From an uncultured Arcobacter sp. (GTDB taxonomy: Bacteria; Campylobacterota; Campylobacteria; Campylobacterales; Arcobacteraceae): DNA of 64,000 nt. Numbering within the stretch: the first letter of the stretch is position 1; each line of letters starts with the position of its first letter. Below the pieces are notes generated by a model, which saw only the letters and a program-made list of their open reading frames with translations, was not told the DNA's origin and made no database searches. The stretch lies in assembly GCA_965140705.1 (NCBI GenBank), contig OZ223301.1, positions 224,001-288,000 on the forward strand. The letters run 5' to 3'. The position numbers were made by a program, and so were the translations under genes. Positions 9,001 to 18,140 of the stretch are shown here, piece after piece.

Positions 9001-9965
9001 ACCATGCTTATCAAAATATTAGTAATGATGAAAAAGTAATCCAAGATAACTTGACCGAGTCTTTTTTATTTGAAAAAGATTTAAACTTTAGTTTTAATGA
9101 TGTTGCAGGATTAGATGAGTTAAAGAAAAAAGCAAATATGAAAATTATTATGCCCTTTAAGAAGGCTGAACTTTTTAAAAAATATAGGAAAAAAGTAGGT
9201 GGGGGTATCTTAATGTATGGAGCCCCTGGTTGTGGGAAAACCCATTTTGCAAAAGCAATAGCAGGAGAGTGTAATGCATCGTTTTTTCATGTATCAATTG
9301 ATCAAATTTTGGATATGTGGCTGGGGAATAGTGAAAAAAATATTGCTAATTTATTCAATGAAGCAAGAAAAAATAAGCCAGCAATTATATTTATTGATGA
9401 AATAGATGCACTTGGAAGAAAAAGAGAGTTATTAAAACACTCTGGAAATTCTAGTGTAATAAACACTTTTCTTTCTCAATTAGATGGATTTGATTCAGAC
9501 AATGAAGGAATTTTAGTAATAGGTGCAACAAATGCTCCATGGGATGTGGATAGTGCTTTTAAAAGAACTGGGCGGTTTGATACACTTTTTTTTGTTTCTC
9601 CGCCTGATAGTATAGGGAGAGAAGAACTTTTTAAATTATTTTTAAAAGATATTCCTACTAAAAATATAAATTATGAAAAGTTAGCTAAAGAAACACATTT
9701 TTATTCTGGGGCAGATATAAAAGGGATTGTGGATACAGCAGTTGAAATTGTATTGGAGGAGATAATAGAATTAGGAAATGAAAGAGATATTATTACTGAG
9801 GATATTTTAGGAGTAATTGTATCATCTAAACCAACAGTAACTGAGTGGTTTGAACTTGTAAATAATGTACTAGAATATGCAAATGAATCTGGAGAGTATA
9901 ATGAAGTAGCAGAATATGTTACTTTTAATAAACCAAAGAAAAAGAAAATAATGGGATTTATTTAG
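8997..9965 (+). CDS. AAA+ ATPase, Vps4/katanin/Cdc48-like classical clade
   Basis: FNDVAGL, Walker A GAPGCGKT, pore loop MWLGNSEK, Walker B IIFIDEID, SRH GATNAPWDVDSAFKRTGRFD. GTG start overlaps the upstream TGA. Confidence 0.9.
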   Translation: MNHAYQNISNDEKVIQDNLTESFLFEKDLNFSFNDVAGLDELKKKANMKIIMPFKKAELFKKYRKKVGGGILMYGAPGCGKTHFAKAIAGECNASFFHVSIDQILDMWLGNSEKNIANLFNEARKNKPAIIFIDEIDALGRKRELLKHSGNSSVINTFLSQLDGFDSDNEGILVIGATNAPWDVDSAFKRTGRFDTLFFVSPPDSIGREELFKLFLKDIPTKNINYEKLAKETHFYSGADIKGIVDTAVEIVLEEIIELGNERDIITEDILGVIVSSKPTVTEWFELVNNVLEYANESGEYNEVAEYVTFNKPKKKKIMGFI

Positions 9966-10107
9966 GAAAATACACTCTTATTTCTATTTCCTTTTTTTGT
10001 TATAGTTCTAACCCAATATATGTAGATATTTTTTAATTTAGTTAGCATCTAATCTTTTGTAAGAGTTTCGTAATACTTTTTATTGAGTTAATTATATAAA
10101 AATTACA

Positions 10108-10168
10108 TAGGTAAAGATACTCAATGTCTGACAATTTTATTTATTTAAAAATCTAGTTTTTCTGTCGC
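10108..10168 (+). repeat. Direct repeat copy 2, overlapping the integrase stop
   Basis: 25-bp core at 10108-10132 identical to 7480-7504. Confidence 0.9.
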
Positions 10169-10553
10169 TTCATGTCTTTTATTATCAATTAAATGACTAT
10201 ATCTCATAGTTGTTTCAATCTTTTTATGTCCTAGTTGTTCTTTTATATGTAAAATATCAACTCCACTTTGAGCTAACCAACTTGCATGGGTATGTCTTAA
10301 GGTATGAACAGTAATTCTATTTTTATTTGCAGTTTTATTATCTTTGATAAGTTTATCAACTATTGTTTGCCATCTTTTTGGCATCTTATCATACATTTTT
10401 CCATATTTTGTTGGTATAACTAACTGATTGGTTTTTTCTAATTCTAATAAATTTAATACTTCCAAAACCCTAGTTGTCATTTTTATATATCTTGCATTTC
10501 CATCTTTTGAGGGTTCAAAATAAATTAAGTTTGTATTAAAATTAATATCTGAT
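10145..10553 (-). pseudogene. 5'-truncated tyrosine recombinase/integrase
   Basis: HTLRHTHASWL, LGH and TTMRYSH catalytic motifs. The frame extends upstream of the ORF call (DINFNTNLIYFEPSKDGNARYIK) to an in-frame stop near 10554. Box I Arg and the N-terminal domains are absent. Confidence 0.85.
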
Positions 10554-10816
10554 TATTCCTTTATCCCCAGAGATTTGACTTTCAATTTCGTATTCTTCTA
10601 TTTATAATATCAAAATTATTAAACAAGTAAATTAGCTCCTTTACATTATTTTTGAATAACAAAATATGGATATAATAATTTTAAATAAAATAAATTTTTA
10701 AATATTTTAAGTATTTGTCTTTTTGATATAAGTGAAGAGACTATTTCAAAAGCAATATTGCTTTAGTTATCATGTTTCACTGAATAATCGTAGACAATTT
10801 ACACAAGGAGTATAAT

Positions 10817-11554
10817 ATGGATAATAGTTTTTATGTAGTAGCAAAAGAACCAGGTGCTGAAAATCCATCTTTGCCTACATGGGCAAATAATATTGAAAAT
10901 GAGATAAATTTAGATGAAAGTCTTACACCTAAAATAGAAAGAATAGACTTAGATAATGTACCAGGTGCTTTTCAATTATTAAATGTTTTTACGGAAGAAG
11001 AATGTAATAATTTTATTAAAATCACTGAATCGGTAGGATATTTAGAAGATGCAGCTGTTTCTTTGCCTAGAACAGTTAGACATAATGATAATCTAACATG
11101 GGTGGTTGATGATTTAACACATGATATCATTTGGAATAGATGTGAAGATTTTATGTATGATAATAAGGATACTTTTTTAGGGAAAAAAGCTTTAGGAATA
11201 AATAAACGATTTAGATTTTATAAATATTCAGAAGGAGACTTTTTTAAAGTGCATACAGATGGTTCTTGGCCTGGAAGTCGTGTAGTAAATAAAGAGCTCA
11301 TAACAAATTTTTATAATGATAGATATAGTCAAATGACTTTTTTAATTCTTTTAAGTGAAGATTTCGAAGGTGGGGAAACGCAATTTATTGTAAATAATAA
11401 TGGTACAAAAGAGTTAGTAAATGTACGAACACCTAAAGGTGGGGTATTATGTTTTCCACATGGTCTTCATCCATTGCATTGTTTACATAGTTCAAACATT
11501 ATTACGTCAGGAGTTAAATATATTATAAGAACTGATGTGTTATTTGAAATTTAA
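10817..11554 (+). CDS. 2OG-Fe(II) oxygenase, prolyl-4-hydroxylase-like
   Basis: RFYKY..GDFF..HTDG, FEGGET, LH and KYIIRTD motifs. AGGAG RBS. Confidence 0.85.
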   Translation: MDNSFYVVAKEPGAENPSLPTWANNIENEINLDESLTPKIERIDLDNVPGAFQLLNVFTEEECNNFIKITESVGYLEDAAVSLPRTVRHNDNLTWVVDDLTHDIIWNRCEDFMYDNKDTFLGKKALGINKRFRFYKYSEGDFFKVHTDGSWPGSRVVNKELITNFYNDRYSQMTFLILLSEDFEGGETQFIVNNNGTKELVNVRTPKGGVLCFPHGLHPLHCLHSSNIITSGVKYIIRTDVLFEI

Positions 11555-11575
11555 ATAATTTCGTGTGTACTAATA

Positions 11576-12184
11576 TTATACCTTGTAAGCATCCATAAAT
11601 AGATTAACAGCTCTTATTGCCATTTCGTCCATCTCTTTTTTCGAATATTTTATGTCAATATTTAAAAGAAATGGATACATTAATTCTGCTTCTAGTAGTC
11701 CACATAATTGCTTTGCTGCAATAGTTGTATTTGTTTTTTTTATTTTGTTTAACTGTATACTTTTTTCTAAAAAGTTAGAAATGATATTTTGACTTTTTAA
11801 TACTCTATTGTTGTAAGCAATTTTTCCTAAGTCTGTTATTCCTGATTGGCTTATTGTTAATCTTCTTAATTCTCTTAATTCTGGTGAATATAAAAAAGCT
11901 AGGAGTCTTTTACCAAATTCACATAATTGTTCATATACATTTTCTACTTTAGAAGATTCAGAGATTGTTTCGTATACAAATTGAAATTCTTCTTCATTTG
12001 ATATAGAAATTACTTCAAAAAATAGTTCTTCTTTAGAAGAAAAATAGTTATAAAGTGTTGTTTTAGAACCACCAACTTGTGCACAAATCTTTGACATAGA
12101 AGCTCTTTCAAATCCAAATTCTTTGAAAACCTCTGTTGCGGCTTGAATAATAGCTTGTCTTTTGGTTTCTGTTTTTTTTCTCAT
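11576..12184 (-). CDS. TetR/AcrR family regulator
   Basis: N-terminal HTH GFERASM..I...GGSKTTLYNYFSSKEELF. Divergent from the efflux operon. Confidence 0.92.
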   Translation of the reverse strand: MRKKTETKRQAIIQAATEVFKEFGFERASMSKICAQVGGSKTTLYNYFSSKEELFFEVISISNEEEFQFVYETISESSKVENVYEQLCEFGKRLLAFLYSPELRELRRLTISQSGITDLGKIAYNNRVLKSQNIISNFLEKSIQLNKIKKTNTTIAAKQLCGLLEAELMYPFLLNIDIKYSKKEMDEMAIRAVNLFMDAYKV

Positions 12185-12290
12185 TAATATTTCTTTTAGA
12201 TAGATTTTTTAAAGTTATCTTAACATCTAAAAAGATAATATTCTCTTAACTAAACAATACAGTACAGTACAATTTTAAAAAAGGGTACAT

Positions 12291-13778
12291 ATGAATGATA
12301 AAAATACTAATTTATTATCAAGATATTTAAAAACAATAATGACAATAAGTACACTTAGTATAATGATAAATGGATGTGCATTACTTCCTGGTGAAAAAGA
12401 ACTAATCAAACCAAATACAATATCAAAATATAAGTCAAAAGAGTCTTTTGATAGTAAAATAAAAACACAATGGACAAAAGAGTCATGGTGGAAAGTTTAT
12501 GGTGATAAGCAACTAAATGAGTTGATAAGTGAAGCATTAAAAGATTCACCAAATATTATTTCTGCAATGGCAAGGTTAAATGAAGCAGATGCTTATACTC
12601 AAGTTACAAAATCAATAAATTTACCACAAATAAGTGCAAATGCACAAGTAACAGAAGAGAAACATAGTTATAACTATATTACACCGCCATCTGTTACTCC
12701 AAGAGGTTGGAATGACTATGGACAAGCTACTTTAAATTTTTCTTGGGAGTTAGATTTTTGGGGTAAAAATCGTGCAACTATAGCTGCTAGTATTTCAAAT
12801 GTTGAAGCTATGAAAGCGGAACTCGCACAAACAAGATTAACCCTTTCTAGTGCAATAGCAAGTAATTATGCCCAATTGGCAAGACTTTATGCCAATATGG
12901 ATGAATTAAAAGAGTACTTAGTAGTTCAAAATAAATTATTGGTATTGTTAAATCAAAGATATGAAAACGGACTTGAAAATAAATCAACAGTAGACGATGC
13001 AAAAAGTTTATTAGCAAATGCACAAGGAGATGTTTTATCATTAGATGAACAAATCTCTTTACAAAAAAATAAAATAGCAGCACTAATGGGTGCAGGACCT
13101 GATAGAGGTCTTAAAATAACCCGTCCAACAATTGATTTTTATCAAATCAAATTTGGTTTACCCAATGATTTAGCAGTTAATTTGTTGGGAAGACGACCAG
13201 ACATAATGGCTGCTAGGATGCAAGTAGAATCAAAAGAGCATTTAATAAAAGAGAAAAAAGCTGAGTTTTACCCTAATATAAATCTTTCTGCTTTTATTGG
13301 ATTACAATCTTTAGGATTGAATTTACTTCATGAAAAAGATTCTTATATGGGTTCAGTAGGTCCTGCTATCTCTTTACCTATTTTCTCAGCAGGAAGATTA
13401 AAAGGTGATTTGCGTAGAAATGAAAGTATATATGAGCAAGCAGTTGCAAACTATAATCAAACCATAACTCAAGCTTTAAAAGAGGTTGCAGATGCAGGGA
13501 CTAGTCAAAAATCATTGACAAAACAGATTTTTAGATCTTTGGAAGCACTAAATTCTTCAAAAGAAGCTTATGAGATAAAAACAAAGCGTTATGAAGGTGG
13601 ACTTAGTAATTATTTAGAAGTCTTATATTCACAAGAAAATCTTATAAATGCAAAAAGAAATTTTATAAATCAAAAAAGTAGAGCGCTTACTTTAGATATA
13701 GCACTTAAGTATGCACTTGGGGGCGGATATAATCAAAAATTGCCTATGAATGAAAAAGGAAACAATAATGGAAAATAA
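12291..13778 (+). CDS. Efflux outer membrane factor lipoprotein (NodT/OprM family)
   Basis: Lipobox INGC, WWKVYGD..L..LI, SWELDFWG, LLGRRPDI and KYALGGG motifs. Confidence 0.9.
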   Translation: MNDKNTNLLSRYLKTIMTISTLSIMINGCALLPGEKELIKPNTISKYKSKESFDSKIKTQWTKESWWKVYGDKQLNELISEALKDSPNIISAMARLNEADAYTQVTKSINLPQISANAQVTEEKHSYNYITPPSVTPRGWNDYGQATLNFSWELDFWGKNRATIAASISNVEAMKAELAQTRLTLSSAIASNYAQLARLYANMDELKEYLVVQNKLLVLLNQRYENGLENKSTVDDAKSLLANAQGDVLSLDEQISLQKNKIAALMGAGPDRGLKITRPTIDFYQIKFGLPNDLAVNLLGRRPDIMAARMQVESKEHLIKEKKAEFYPNINLSAFIGLQSLGLNLLHEKDSYMGSVGPAISLPIFSAGRLKGDLRRNESIYEQAVANYNQTITQALKEVADAGTSQKSLTKQIFRSLEALNSSKEAYEIKTKRYEGGLSNYLEVLYSQENLINAKRNFINQKSRALTLDIALKYALGGGYNQKLPMNEKGNNNGK

Positions 13779-14901
13779 TAAAAAAAGCACTGAAAAAGTA
13801 AAGAAAAATCAAAGTAAAAGAAAAAAAGCACTTTTGATTTTCTTAGTATTGATAATTTTAGTAGGGGCATCTTTTGGCTTATATTGGTATTTTTATGCTT
13901 CACATTATGTTTCAACTGATAATGCATATACAGATGTTGAAATAGCACAAGTTACCCCTTCAGTTGGCGGTACAATTAGTGATGTTCTTGTTTCAAATAC
14001 TCAAGTTGTAAAAAAAGGTGATATTTTAGTAAAAATAGATCAAACAGATACTTCTTTAGCAGTAGAAGAAGCAAAAGCAAATTTAAGTCTAGCAATTCGT
14101 CGTGTAAAAGGTTATATGGCAAATAATAAAGGCTTAAATGCGCTAATTGAAGCTAGAAAAGCTGATGAAATGAGAATGAATGCAAAACTAAGTTCTGCAA
14201 AAGCTGACTTTCAAAAGGCACAAATTGATTTAAAAAGACGTGAAAAATTAATCTTATCTGGTGCAATTTCAGCAGATGAATTAACAAAAGCAAAAAATGC
14301 TTATGAAAATGCAAAATCGAACCTAGATGCAACAATAGCAGAAGTAAAACAGTCAAAATCAAATATTGTTTCTGCAATTGGTTCAAGAAATCAAAATGCA
14401 ACAAAAATTGATGATGTAAGTGTAGAAAACAATCCAGAAGTTCTTTTAGCAAAAGCAAAATTAGACCAAGCAATTGTAAATTTTAATCGTACAATAATAA
14501 AAGCACCAATATCTGGAATAATTGCAAAAAGACAAGTAGAACTTGGACAAAGAGTTCAAGAGGGAACACCTTTATTATCAATAGTTCCTACACAAAACAT
14601 ATATGTAAATGCAAACTTTAAAGAGGGTAAATTAAGACGGGTTAAAGTTGGTCAAGATGTAATAGTTCATGCAGATATATATGGAAATGATGTTACATAT
14701 CATGGTAAAGTAGAAGGTTTTTCTGGTGGGACAGGAGCAGCTTTTTCTTTAATTCCTGCACAAAATGCTACTGGGAATTGGATTAAAGTTGTTCAAAGGG
14801 TACCAGTTCGTATTAAGTTACTTCCAGAAGAGTTAAAAGCTCACCCTTTAAAAGTAGGTCTCTCAATGGATGTAGAGATAAATACATTTGACCAAAAATA
14901 A
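13768..14901 (+). CDS. emrA: EmrA-family membrane fusion protein
   Basis: STDNAY, ANFKE and IPAQNATGNWIKVVQRVPVRI motifs. ATG 13768 follows AAGGA. Confidence 0.9.
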   Translation: MENNKKSTEKVKKNQSKRKKALLIFLVLIILVGASFGLYWYFYASHYVSTDNAYTDVEIAQVTPSVGGTISDVLVSNTQVVKKGDILVKIDQTDTSLAVEEAKANLSLAIRRVKGYMANNKGLNALIEARKADEMRMNAKLSSAKADFQKAQIDLKRREKLILSGAISADELTKAKNAYENAKSNLDATIAEVKQSKSNIVSAIGSRNQNATKIDDVSVENNPEVLLAKAKLDQAIVNFNRTIIKAPISGIIAKRQVELGQRVQEGTPLLSIVPTQNIYVNANFKEGKLRRVKVGQDVIVHADIYGNDVTYHGKVEGFSGGTGAAFSLIPAQNATGNWIKVVQRVPVRIKLLPEELKAHPLKVGLSMDVEINTFDQK

Positions 14902-14915
14902 AATGAGAATCTATT

Positions 14916-16466
14916 ATGCAAAATGATAAAGCTACTTCTGAAGAGCTTATAGGAGAATTTAAATTACCCAAAACAATGTTTTGGATTGCAGCACTTATGC
15001 TTACAACTGCAAATTTCATTGCAGTTTTAAACATGACTATTGCAAATGTATCAGTTCCTCATATTGCTGGAAATTTAGGAGCAACTGCCTCTCAAGGTAC
15101 TTGGGTAATCACAGCTTATGCCATTGGTGAAGCAATTACTGTACCTCTTACTGGTTGGTTTGCAGCTAGATTTGGAGCTATAAAAGTATTTGTGGTATCT
15201 ATGGTTATGTTTGGGCTATTTTCTATAGTTTGTGGACTCTCTGATTCTTTAGGTTTACTTGTTATTGCAAGAGTATTTCAAGGATTTTCAGGTGGACCTT
15301 TGATGCCACTTTCTCAAACTTTACTTTTAAGACTTTTCCCTAAAGATAAAGCAGGCTTGGCTATAGGGATGTGGTCTATGACAACACTTGTAGCTCCTGT
15401 TTTAGGTCCTATAGTAGGAGGTTATGTTTGTGATGAATATAGTTGGCCTTGGGTATTTTTCTTAAATTCTCCTATTGTAATTATTTGTGGATTTTTTGCT
15501 TGGGAGATATTAAAAGATTATGTTGAGCCTTTAGTTAAAAAACCTATTGATGTTACGGGTTTAGTTTTGTTGATTATTTGGGTAGTAACTTTACAATTAG
15601 TATTAGATGAGGGGAAAGACCTTGATTGGTTTTCTTCTGATAAAATTGTAATATTATCGATAATCTCCTTTATAGGATTTGTTAGTTTTATAATTTGGGA
15701 GTTTTATGAAGAACACCCTGTTGTGGATTTAAAAATTTTTAGGCATAGAGGTTTTACTATTAGTGTTTTAACTGTAAGTTTAGCTTTTGGTGCATATTTT
15801 GGTGCCAATGTTTTAACTCCCCTTTGGCTTCAAACCTTGATGGGATATACAGGAACTCAAGCTGGACTTGCTGCTTGTTGGACTGGACTTGCAGGATTAG
15901 TTGTAGCCCCTTTTGTAGCAAAAGCTGCAACAACAACAGATGCTAGAAAGCTAGTTTTTGTAGGTGTATTGTGGCTTGGTCTTATGACCTTTTGGAGAGG
16001 AATAGCAAATACAGATATGGCTTTTATAGATGTAATGTTACCTCTATTATTTATGGGATTTGGATTGCCTTTCTTTTTTATTCCCTCAATGGGCTTATCA
16101 CTTTCAAGTGTTGAAAGAAATGAAGTAGATTCAGCAGCAGGGTTACTAAATTTTGTTCGTACACTTTCAGGAGCTTTTTCAACATCATTTGTAGCAACAG
16201 CTTGGAGTAACAAAACAATTGAAAATCATGTTCACCTAGTATCTATTACAGATAGTGATAGTAGTGTACGAATAGCAATGGAACATTCAGGTATGAGTAA
16301 AGACTTAATTAATCAAACAATAAATATGATGATAAATAAACAAAGTGTAATGTTAGCAACAAATCAAGTTATGATTACACTTTCTGTTGTATTTGTTTTT
16401 GCGGCTATTATTATTTGGGGAGCTCCAAAACCTATAAAAGTCCCTAAGACAACTGCTGCTCATTAA
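14916..16466 (+). CDS. emrB: EmrB-family DHA2 MFS efflux transporter
   Basis: TIANVSVPHIAG, QGTWVITAY, GPLMPLSQ and LGPIVGG motifs. About 14 TM. Confidence 0.9.
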   Translation: MQNDKATSEELIGEFKLPKTMFWIAALMLTTANFIAVLNMTIANVSVPHIAGNLGATASQGTWVITAYAIGEAITVPLTGWFAARFGAIKVFVVSMVMFGLFSIVCGLSDSLGLLVIARVFQGFSGGPLMPLSQTLLLRLFPKDKAGLAIGMWSMTTLVAPVLGPIVGGYVCDEYSWPWVFFLNSPIVIICGFFAWEILKDYVEPLVKKPIDVTGLVLLIIWVVTLQLVLDEGKDLDWFSSDKIVILSIISFIGFVSFIIWEFYEEHPVVDLKIFRHRGFTISVLTVSLAFGAYFGANVLTPLWLQTLMGYTGTQAGLAACWTGLAGLVVAPFVAKAATTTDARKLVFVGVLWLGLMTFWRGIANTDMAFIDVMLPLLFMGFGLPFFFIPSMGLSLSSVERNEVDSAAGLLNFVRTLSGAFSTSFVATAWSNKTIENHVHLVSITDSDSSVRIAMEHSGMSKDLINQTINMMINKQSVMLATNQVMITLSVVFVFAAIIIWGAPKPIKVPKTTAAH

Positions 16467-16484
16467 TTTTAAAAAGAGCTATAA

Positions 16485-17342
16485 TTAAATAAATTTAGCT
16501 CTTACTTTTTTTAATATGTTGATAATAAGTAAAAGTAAAAAACCTATAATAAATCCTACTAGTAGATGATTTAAAATAAGAGGAATATTTTCAAAAAAGA
16601 GCTCTTCTATTGGATGAATATTATGTGAAAGAATTCCTCCTCCCACTAAAATCATGGCAAATGTTCCAACAACTGCTAGGAACTTAATTATTTTTGGCAT
16701 AAGTGTAATTAAAAAATTTCCAATAGTAATTTCATTTTTTTCAATCAACCAAAATCCAATATTATCCATTCTTATAATAAGTGCTACTATTCCATATACT
16801 CCAAAAGTAGCCACTATAGCAACAAAAGTTGTTACAAATATCTGTAAAGGTAAGGGCTCTTTTAATACAGTTCCCAATGCTATAATAACAATTTCTATAG
16901 AAAGAATAAAGTCTGTGAAGATTGCTGATTTTATTTTCTCTTTTTCAATTTTTAAAATATTATCACTCGTAGATTCAATAACCTCTTTTTTATGGGGATT
17001 ATGTAGTTTATTGTGAAGATATTCTTCTATCTTTTCAGCACCTTCATAAAGAAGGTACAATCCACCAAAAATTAGAATATAAGGGATAATAAAGGATGCA
17101 AAAGCACTTAATAAGAATGCTAAGGGAAGTATTATGGACTTATTTTTAAGAGAGCCTTTTATAATTGCCCAAATTACTTTTAGTTCTCGTTCTTGGCTAA
17201 AGCCTAGTGCTTTTTGGGCATTTACTGCTAAATCATCACCTAAAATCCCAGCAGTTTTTTGAGTAGCAATTTTGGTTGTAACTGCTACATCATCAGCTAA
17301 TACAGCAATATCATCTAAAAGAGCAAATATACCTGAAGCCAT
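16485..17342 (-). CDS. DUF808 (YedI-like) membrane protein
   Basis: FALLDDIA, KTAGILGDDLAVNAQ and TDFILSIEI motifs. Confidence 0.85.
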   Translation of the reverse strand: MASGIFALLDDIAVLADDVAVTTKIATQKTAGILGDDLAVNAQKALGFSQERELKVIWAIIKGSLKNKSIILPLAFLLSAFASFIIPYILIFGGLYLLYEGAEKIEEYLHNKLHNPHKKEVIESTSDNILKIEKEKIKSAIFTDFILSIEIVIIALGTVLKEPLPLQIFVTTFVAIVATFGVYGIVALIIRMDNIGFWLIEKNEITIGNFLITLMPKIIKFLAVVGTFAMILVGGGILSHNIHPIEELFFENIPLILNHLLVGFIIGFLLLLIINILKKVRAKFI

Positions 17343-17384
17343 ATTTTAGCCTTTATTTAAAATTATTTTTTATAAAAGTGAATT

Positions 17385-18008
17385 TTATTCATGGGTATAA
17401 AATGCTCTATCTCCTGCATCTCCAAGACCTGGTCTTATATATTTGTTATCATCAAGTCTTTCATCTATTTGAGCTATGAATATATCCACATCAGGATGAG
17501 CTTCCTGAACAGCTTTTATACCTTCAGGTGCTCCTAAAATATTTAGAGAGATGATTTTTTTTGCACCTTTACTTTTTAAGTAAGAAATTCCATCTATAAG
17601 TGAACCACCAGTTGCCACCATTGGATCTAATAAAAGAACAGTTTTATTTTCAAGTTCTGGAATATTTTCATAAAAAAGTTTTGATAAAGCAGTCTCTTCA
17701 TCTCTCTTCATAGCTAAAAATCCACTTCTAGCATATGGTAAAGTTCTTAAAATACCTGTAAGCATTGGTTCCCCAGCTCTTAAAATTGGTACTAATACTA
17801 GTTTTTGTACTTCTATCATTTGAACATCTAAAGGACCTTGCCATGTGTTTATATTTTGTGTAATTGTATTAAAATCAGCTAAGGCTTCAGCTGCAATTAT
17901 TCTTGAAATTTCTTCAATTGTAAGTCTAAATTCATTTGATGCAGTTCTTACATCTCTTAACCTATTTATTAGATGTTTTACTAGTATGTTAGTACTTTCT
18001 TTATACAT
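17385..18008 (-). CDS. upp: Uracil phosphoribosyltransferase
   Basis: VPILRAG, DPMVATGGS and YIRPGLGDAGDR motifs. Confidence 0.96.
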   Translation of the reverse strand: MYKESTNILVKHLINRLRDVRTASNEFRLTIEEISRIIAAEALADFNTITQNINTWQGPLDVQMIEVQKLVLVPILRAGEPMLTGILRTLPYARSGFLAMKRDEETALSKLFYENIPELENKTVLLLDPMVATGGSLIDGISYLKSKGAKKIISLNILGAPEGIKAVQEAHPDVDIFIAQIDERLDDNKYIRPGLGDAGDRAFYTHE

Positions 18009-18140
18009 ATTTTGTCCTATTTTGTTTTATTATTTGGGCTTAATTATATCGCAAAATTGCTTATATACTAAACAAGGGTTTACATAATATTAACCATTAT
18101 TTGGTTACCATAACAAAATTATTTTAAATAAAGAGGATAA

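Larger units (their letters stand above)
5135..10560. mobile_element. Degraded integrative genomic island downstream of tRNA-Gly
   Basis: tRNA 3' end on the left, truncated tyrosine integrase on the right, very AT-rich orphan genes, gene relics and internal direct repeats. No att duplication found, so boundaries are approximate. Confidence 0.6.

Noticed and set aside
10005..10047. CTAAC...GTTAG inverted pair resembling an integron attC
   Set aside because: Too short, does not fit RYYYAAC/GTTRRRY, and the integrase fragment shows no IntI-specific insertion.
5195..10059. 13-bp repeat ATCTAATCTTTTG at 5195-5207 and 10047-10059
   Set aside because: It could be a second relic of the tandem element, but it is short and AT-rich enough to arise by chance.
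5110..10700. attR duplication of a tRNA 3' end marking the island boundary
   Set aside because: I found no copy of the 3' end of tRNA-Gly, Ile or Ser downstream by eye.
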